This document shows positions 14,989 through 20,000 of a DNA stretch of 20,000 nucleotides, in pieces. The stretch lies in the IMG/VR virus record IMGVR_UViG_3300022562_001918; one strand, given 5' to 3'. Below the pieces are notes generated by a model. It made no database searches. It saw only the letters and a list, made by a program, of their open reading frames with translations, and had not been told where the DNA came from. How positions within the stretch are numbered: position 1 is the first letter of the stretch; every line of letters begins with the position of its first letter. Source of the stretch: an uncultured virus (IMG/VR IMGVR_UViG_3300022562_001918). Its lineage: Duplodnaviria; Heunggongvirae; Uroviricota; Caudoviricetes. The position numbers and the translations under genes were made by a program.

Positions 14989-15299
14989 GCACCATCACCC
15001 GAATCCGATCCACCATCAACCCCAGCCAACAACCAGAGGAAGAGCAGACGCTCCGAGAGAAAGTGAACGAGATCATCGACCGCCGCCGGCGAGAAACCCT
15101 TGAGCGAGTGGAGAAGACGATCATCTACCATGCGGAGATGGGCGGGACGCAGCTCCATGTGGACGACCTGCCTGGGCTCCATGCTGCGGACCACAAGTTC
15201 GTGATGAAGTGGCTGCGGAGCCAGGGGTTCAAGGTGGTGAACCCGAAGTTCAGTACGCGGGCCATCATCGACCTCCGAGCGGAAGAGCCGGAGGAATAG
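14985..15299 (+). CDS. Hypothetical protein, 104 aa
   Basis: Coupled ORF in the + strand gene string. Confidence 0.7.
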   Translation: MSTITRIRSTINPSQQPEEEQTLREKVNEIIDRRRRETLERVEKTIIYHAEMGGTQLHVDDLPGLHAADHKFVMKWLRSQGFKVVNPKFSTRAIIDLRAEEPEE

Positions 15300-15346
15300 G
15301 CGTCGATCTCGCAGTTACGTCCACCAGAAAGGGGCACGATACAGCC

Positions 15347-16096
15347 ATGGGAAAACAGCTACACAGGCCAGGGCTTGCCCCGGTGTTGCCGGAAGAGTAC
15401 TTCCAGCCGGACGACGTAACACTTCCGACCTCGGGCTACTTCGAAGCTGATGAAGGCGTAGCACCAACGGTGACCAGGGAAGGGATCATCGATCTGTCAG
15501 ATGCCCGTCGACCAAGGCGTGACCTATCGGTCGAAACCTTGATCGAAATGACGGAGGAAGAGAGGGAATTCGAGCGAAAACGAATCGAGAACATCAGGAA
15601 GATAAGGGCTATCCAAGAGAAGGAGAAGAGACGTCTTCGGAAAGATTGGGAGCTCATCGCAAATGCGTGGGACTGGGTTTCATTTTATGAGCGGTCGCCA
15701 GTTCTAGAACTATCCTGCAATCGCTGTGAGCGAGGAGAGAACCTGTACTACTCAGGGGTCACATCAGTGCTCGAGATGTACCGAAGGCTGGCCAGTCAAC
15801 AGACTCTGGACGCTGTCATCATCTTTGCGAACAAGCACAAGAACTGCATTGGTCCAGAGAGACAAGAGCTTGAGGAGTATCACCCGGAGATCGCAGAACG
15901 CCAGGATGTTGTCACGAGGGCGCTCAAGGATAGCGGAATTGATTTCAACCGCGTCTATGCGAACGGCGTCACAGCTCGAGTGATGTGCAAGCTGTGTAAG
16001 GAGTGGGATAAGTTTCCTGAGGAAGCAGAGGACAAGATTTACCTGGAGTGGATTAGAGACTTTCAGCGCAAGCACGAGGCCTGCGAGGAGGGCTAA
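15347..16096 (+). CDS. Protein with two CxxC...HxxC putative Zn fingers, ~249 aa (start ATG 15347 inferred)
   Basis: SCNRC..FANKHKNC and MCKLC..FQRKHEAC. Confidence 0.7.
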   Translation: MGKQLHRPGLAPVLPEEYFQPDDVTLPTSGYFEADEGVAPTVTREGIIDLSDARRPRRDLSVETLIEMTEEEREFERKRIENIRKIRAIQEKEKRRLRKDWELIANAWDWVSFYERSPVLELSCNRCERGENLYYSGVTSVLEMYRRLASQQTLDAVIIFANKHKNCIGPERQELEEYHPEIAERQDVVTRALKDSGIDFNRVYANGVTARVMCKLCKEWDKFPEEAEDKIYLEWIRDFQRKHEACEEG

Positions 16097-16476
16097 TGCT
16101 AGACAACATACGCCGCTGGCTACGCCGGCGGTCGAGGAGCAAGCTGTTCAAGCGATTGTTCGGCGGGGACGACATTGGCTTCATCATGCCGTGGGAGCCG
16201 AGCCATCCGTTCTACAGTCGGAATCGGCTCAAGATGGAGCGCGCGGAAGATCCGTGGCACGACCGCCACCTCAAGGCCTTGCCGGAGAACAATGCAGAGT
16301 CGTTCTACGTCCATGGCAACGGTCGCATCATGAGCCGTCCGTTCAAGAGGTTTGTGGATGCGGCGAACTACATCACGGAGCTGCAGTCGATGCAGACTTA
16401 TGAGTACTACCGCTTTGAGATTCGCCGGGGCTCAGGGGTCCTGGTCGAGCTCTGGCGGTTCAACAAGACGAGATAG
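16096..16476 (+). CDS. Hypothetical protein, 126 aa
   Basis: SD GAGGAGG; TAATG coupling. Confidence 0.7.
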   Translation: MLDNIRRWLRRRSRSKLFKRLFGGDDIGFIMPWEPSHPFYSRNRLKMERAEDPWHDRHLKALPENNAESFYVHGNGRIMSRPFKRFVDAANYITELQSMQTYEYYRFEIRRGSGVLVELWRFNKTR

Positions 16477-16485
16477 GACAAGCAA

Positions 16486-17034
16486 ATGATCGGAATATAT
16501 GTTTGCTGCAAATGCACAGTTCCTTTGTGCGGGGACCTGACCGGGGAGCACATATCTCTGCCTGATGGCTATATGTTCTGCGAAGACTGCGCGGGTACTC
16601 ACGATGGAGAAATCCACGCCAAGGTAAAGCGAGATTTTTCTCAGTACGGAGGTGAGGAAAATGCTCGCAAAAAGATTGCGTCACTACGAGAGGCGTCTGG
16701 TGCAGATCGCACCCCCCGCGCCCACACCCAGGAGGAGATGCAGGAGATGTTCTTGGGGCAGCTCCGCAGATACGTCCACTACTGGGCCAACGAGGAGCGG
16801 GTGACGGATGTGAAAGAGAAGCTCGATGGTCTGGCGTTCTCGTTCCTCAACATGCTGGACGGGACGAGCGCTGGGCTACCAGCCTTCGACATCTACCCCT
16901 GCCCGCACCCAGGAGACAAGGGATTCCATATTGGCGAGGGCGAGAACTACTGGCCGAGCAAAGAGGATGACGTATCAGTCTTCGGCAACAGCATGGCCCA
17001 CGACAAGTGGTACAGGGGAGACAAAAAACAATGA
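16486..17034 (+). CDS. Hypothetical protein with N-terminal CxxC..CxxC, 182 aa
   Basis: SD AGGA; CCKC..FCEDC. Confidence 0.75.
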   Translation: MIGIYVCCKCTVPLCGDLTGEHISLPDGYMFCEDCAGTHDGEIHAKVKRDFSQYGGEENARKKIASLREASGADRTPRAHTQEEMQEMFLGQLRRYVHYWANEERVTDVKEKLDGLAFSFLNMLDGTSAGLPAFDIYPCPHPGDKGFHIGEGENYWPSKEDDVSVFGNSMAHDKWYRGDKKQ

Positions 17035-17243
17035 CCATTCGAGATGCAATAGCGAAAAGGCTCGGCATGGATGAACTACTGTGCGCCGAGTGCCGGGAAA
17101 GCCCGGAAGACAAAGAGGACGGACTACCTGACCTAGCTTACTGGCACTGGGAGGATAACTCTATACGGTGCCCAAAGTGCGCAGGCAGAATTAGCCCTGG
17201 TCAATCAAGCTGTCCAGTGTTCTGGATTGTTCACTGGTACTAG
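17031..17243 (+). CDS. Small Zn-ribbon protein, 70 aa
   Basis: ATGA overlap; CAEC..CPKC. Confidence 0.7.
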   Translation: MTIRDAIAKRLGMDELLCAECRESPEDKEDGLPDLAYWHWEDNSIRCPKCAGRISPGQSSCPVFWIVHWY

Positions 17244-17273
17244 GATTTTATGGATGCTTCGAAAGGAGGGCGG

Positions 17274-17639
17274 ATGACCCTGATATTCAGAGACACAATG
17301 GAGCTCGACGGGGCCATCCCCAATTTCTTTCCCGGTCGAATCCAGTACAAAGACCAGACGCGGTGGTTCTTTGCGAAGGTGGTGGGCAGGGACGGGAAAG
17401 TGACCCTTGAGCCCATAGGCTCGGTGAAATCAAGCCTGCGTCTAGTATCACTGGCAGTAACGGCATACCTGGCAGGCGACAAGCTTCCGTCATGTACGGT
17501 CTTTGACCCAACGATGGTGAACTACCTGTCTTACGACAGCATCGAGGACAGCTGGCATCCATGGGTGAAAGGACCCCTCAGATCATTCCAGGGTCGCGTG
17601 ATCAATCCAGCTCGAAGGTGGCTGACCTCGTGGGAATGA
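17274..17639 (+). CDS. Hypothetical protein, 121 aa (start ATG 17274)
   Basis: SD AAGGAGG. Confidence 0.7.
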   Translation: MTLIFRDTMELDGAIPNFFPGRIQYKDQTRWFFAKVVGRDGKVTLEPIGSVKSSLRLVSLAVTAYLAGDKLPSCTVFDPTMVNYLSYDSIEDSWHPWVKGPLRSFQGRVINPARRWLTSWE

Positions 17640-17827
17640 AGAAAAGGCCTAGCGAAATCACATTATTCTGCTGCGTTTGCGGGGAGGGGGAGACCGTCAA
17701 GGACCACTACGAAGTGGTTGAATTCAACAGCCGCCATCGCCACCCATTAGAGAAAAAACATGAGCAAAAAAAACCAAATCAGCGTCAGCGAAGAGACGTT
17801 CCGCAAGATGCTGCGGGACTCCATTAA
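17636..17827 (+). CDS. Small putative Zn-binding protein, 63 aa
   Basis: ATGA overlap; CCVC..FNSRHRH; overlaps the next gene by 68 nt. Confidence 0.5.
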   Translation: MKKRPSEITLFCCVCGEGETVKDHYEVVEFNSRHRHPLEKKHEQKKPNQRQRRDVPQDAAGLH

Positions 17828-18149
17828 CTTTTGCGAGAACACAACGGAGCCGCATATTAAAGAGGCGACGGAGGCCCTTGAGGTATTCGAGCGAGCGAAG
17901 AATCCATTGGCCAAGCCGTGGAAGATGGCACCACACAGCAACATTTGGCACGTTCGCGACAAGGATGGCACCTTGATTGCCGAGGGCAATAAGGCTCAGA
18001 TGAGCCTCGTTGTAATGGCGCCAGCGATGCTGGGTTGGATGGAGGAGCTCTTTGAACTGTGGAGTGGCCCACTAACCAATAAGGCCCTCGAAGCCCTTAT
18101 CATCGACCACCTTCCCCGAATCATCCGCAAGGCGCGAGGCGAGGAATGA
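17760..18149 (+). CDS. Phage hypothetical protein, 129 aa
   Basis: PW..IAE..APAML..IRKARGE resembles a common small phage protein pattern. Confidence 0.7.
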   Translation: MSKKNQISVSEETFRKMLRDSINFCENTTEPHIKEATEALEVFERAKNPLAKPWKMAPHSNIWHVRDKDGTLIAEGNKAQMSLVVMAPAMLGWMEELFELWSGPLTNKALEALIIDHLPRIIRKARGEE

Positions 18150-18520
18150 GCGAAGGCCTCAAGGAGCGCATCGCCGAGCTCTATAGGCTCGAAGAGGGCA
18201 AGACCCCAGGCCCATGGTTCGGTGACGCAGACCACGTAGCAGCCGACAACATTGTTGCCAGCAAAGACAATTGGGTTTGCAATACCGACCGGCAGGAGGA
18301 CGCCCTCTTCATTGCGGCCGCTGCGAACTTGGCATCCGATCTAGCGCACGAGGTGGAGCGACTACGCCAAGTACTCAGACGAACCGCAGGGTTCATCAAA
18401 TGCGAAATCAGCGGCAATCCATGCGGGCCATCGAGCATGGGCTGTCCATGCAATTCGTGCGGCATGCACTACGCCGCAACGAATGGTGGCACTGAAGCGG
18501 TGCGCGAGGAGGAAACATGA
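18146..18520 (+). CDS. Ead/Ea22-like phage protein, 124 aa
   Basis: TPGPW...DALFIAAA...EVERLR pattern; Cys-rich tail. Confidence 0.6.
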   Translation: MSEGLKERIAELYRLEEGKTPGPWFGDADHVAADNIVASKDNWVCNTDRQEDALFIAAAANLASDLAHEVERLRQVLRRTAGFIKCEISGNPCGPSSMGCPCNSCGMHYAATNGGTEAVREEET

Positions 18521-18723
18521 AGTGTAAAAAATGCAACGAACACAACGCGGGCGGTACGAGCATAGTTTCAGGACTGTGCTCGTTTTGCTTTGAGAAGCTC
18601 GAGGAGGACGCGAAGGCGCGTGGGTTCTCTTTGCGCCGAGCTCCGCAGAGGTTCGAGGCCGATGAGCGGCAGCTCTGGGGGGTCAAGATCTTCTACTGGA
18701 GGAATCAATGGAGGGTGGCATGA
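18517..18723 (+). CDS. Small Zn-finger-like protein, 68 aa
   Basis: SD GGAGG; CKKC..CSFC. Confidence 0.7.
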   Translation: MKCKKCNEHNAGGTSIVSGLCSFCFEKLEEDAKARGFSLRRAPQRFEADERQLWGVKIFYWRNQWRVA

Positions 18724-19169
18724 GAGAAGACGCAAGAGCGGCATTCCATACGATCTATGGCAATGCTGAAATCATCTACGAGTACACCTGGGACGACGGC
18801 TGCCCAGGGTTTTATTTCCAGGAGTGGTGTGGAGACAGCGTCAAGCTGGCTCACGCAAAGTACCATCCGCACACCGACCATATCGAGGTTTTGCACGAAG
18901 CCAGGCTCGTACCCAAGCAGGTTGAACGCTTGGCTCAGTTCGTGGATGGTCGAGTCGAGTTCGAGAAGGACAGGAAAATTGCAGAGCCCATGGCTCTTTA
19001 TGAGGAGAATCCGTTCCTGGTTCTCTATGGGACAGCGTTCGACTTCAAGTACGGCAATCCGATCTCAGAGCCGGCTAAGACCATGGACGAGCTTGCCAGC
19101 GTCCGGTCGAAGCTAAAGAGGGGTGTCCTCTCGATGAGCTACGTGAGGGTGGAGAAAGAGAGCGATTAG
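18720..19169 (+). CDS. Hypothetical protein, 149 aa
   Basis: SD GGAGG; ATGA overlap. Confidence 0.7.
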   Translation: MREDARAAFHTIYGNAEIIYEYTWDDGCPGFYFQEWCGDSVKLAHAKYHPHTDHIEVLHEARLVPKQVERLAQFVDGRVEFEKDRKIAEPMALYEENPFLVLYGTAFDFKYGNPISEPAKTMDELASVRSKLKRGVLSMSYVRVEKESD

Positions 19170-19170
19170 G

Positions 19171-19443
19171 ATGGGCATGAAACCAAGACCGCAGAAACCC
19201 TCGAGGGCTCGCATTGAGGAGGAGCTTGTTCGGCAGAGGTTGGCCGAAGAGGTTATGGAGGACAACAACGAGTGGGACGGCGGGTATGACACTGGCTACA
19301 ACCACGGCGTTCGGAACGCGCTCGAGTGGGCGCTTGGGGGAACCAGCATAACGAGATCTCCATCACTGAACAATCTCTGGGGAGACAGGTTAACGAAGGT
19401 GCTCAAGATCTTGGGCCTACGGAAGAAGGACATAGACCGATGA
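19171..19443 (+). CDS. Hypothetical protein, 90 aa
   Basis: Fills the gap in the coupled gene string. Confidence 0.65.
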   Translation: MGMKPRPQKPSRARIEEELVRQRLAEEVMEDNNEWDGGYDTGYNHGVRNALEWALGGTSITRSPSLNNLWGDRLTKVLKILGLRKKDIDR

Positions 19444-19553
19444 GTGAGATGGAAATTAGTGAAAGTCGGCGACTGCCGATGCGGGGATTTTCAGTCCTCG
19501 GGCCGAATGAACCTAAGCCCACGCGGGCACTGAAGAAAGGCGGCGCCGGATGA
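19440..19553 (+). CDS. Hypothetical peptide, 37 aa (MSEMEISESRRLP...)
   Basis: ATGA overlaps at both ends; SD AAGGA. Confidence 0.5.
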   Translation: MSEMEISESRRLPMRGFSVLGPNEPKPTRALKKGGAG

Positions 19554-19774
19554 GCGGTGAGCAACCGATGATGAAATGCCCGAGATGTGGGCTGTCTGAG
19601 CCCGACTACGATGGTTTCGGAATGCTGGCCCACACCAAGCCAGCCTATGAGAACGGCTGCGGTTACTGCTTGCACCCGGCTCTTGATGCCGGGGCCTGTG
19701 ACATCTGTGGTGCCTCCCCCGACCCCGGCAAGGAGGGTGACCCCACCCCGCGCGGCAAAGGCGGTGAAGAGTGA
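19550..19774 (+). CDS. Small Cys-rich Zn-binding protein, 74 aa
   Basis: CPRC, CGYC.H, CDIC. Confidence 0.65.
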   Translation: MSGEQPMMKCPRCGLSEPDYDGFGMLAHTKPAYENGCGYCLHPALDAGACDICGASPDPGKEGDPTPRGKGGEE

Positions 19775-20000
19775 CCACCCCACCCAAGCCCGAGAAGCCC
19801 GTGGAGGAGCGGATAGCCATGGTGCTGGGCGACAAGTACACCAACAGGGACCCGGATGTCCTTGCGCTGCTTCTCGCAGACGCGCAAACCGAACTGCCGA
19901 GGCTGCGGGCGGAGAATGCCCTACTTAGTGATCCGCTGGCCGCCAGGGGCCGCACCGCCAGGAACCGCACCGCCAGGAACCGCACCGACATGACCGTGGG
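19771..20000 (+). CDS. Hypothetical protein, partial (GTG start, runs off the window)
   Basis: GTGA overlap; open frame TTPPKPEKPVEERIAMVLG... Confidence 0.55.
   Translation, partial: MTTPPKPEKPVEERIAMVLGDKYTNRDPDVLALLLADAQTELPRLRAENALLSDPLAARGRTARNRTARNRTDMTV
19940..19987 (+). repeat. 15-bp tandem repeat CCGCCAGG(AA/GG)CCGCA, ~3.2 copies
   Basis: Read directly; encodes in-frame AR(G/N)RT repeats. Confidence 0.85.

Noticed and set aside
15333..15349. GGCACGAT-N6-ATG as a further promoter copy
   Set aside because: Only 5/8 match, with no upstream CA(C/G)T at the conserved distance and no T-tract
320..19991. Minus-strand and nested alternative-frame ORFs in the track
   Set aside because: They are shadows of SD-led or translationally coupled + strand genes and have no recognisable motifs

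Overview
This 20 kb window looks like part of a large dsDNA bacteriophage genome or phage-like element (roughly mid-50s % GC by eye; host not identifiable). Every credible gene is on the + strand. Left half (1-9089): an early/accessory region of small orphan genes organised as cassettes. Nine junctions share a module of [hairpin]-T-tract(usually TTTTTTAGC)...CA(C/G)T-N11-GGCA(T/C/G)AAG, a putative non-sigma70 promoter fused to the upstream terminator. Several downstream genes appear leaderless. Between cassettes lie at least four GC-rich, extensively base-paired non-coding segments (940-1089, 2480-2660, 5465-5607, 7245-7323) that share a CCCG(N)TAT element; one has its own promoter and T-tract. 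Centre: a degenerate HNH+HTH gene, a 446-bp non-coding region with two perfect DnaA boxes, a long inverted repeat and an apparent GC-skew switch (candidate origin), then a 1138-aa AEP primase-MCM helicase fusion. Right half: a tightly coupled string of small phage hypotheticals (RHH protein, Zn-finger proteins, Ead/Ea22-like). All calls come from reading motifs by eye; no searches or folding were run.
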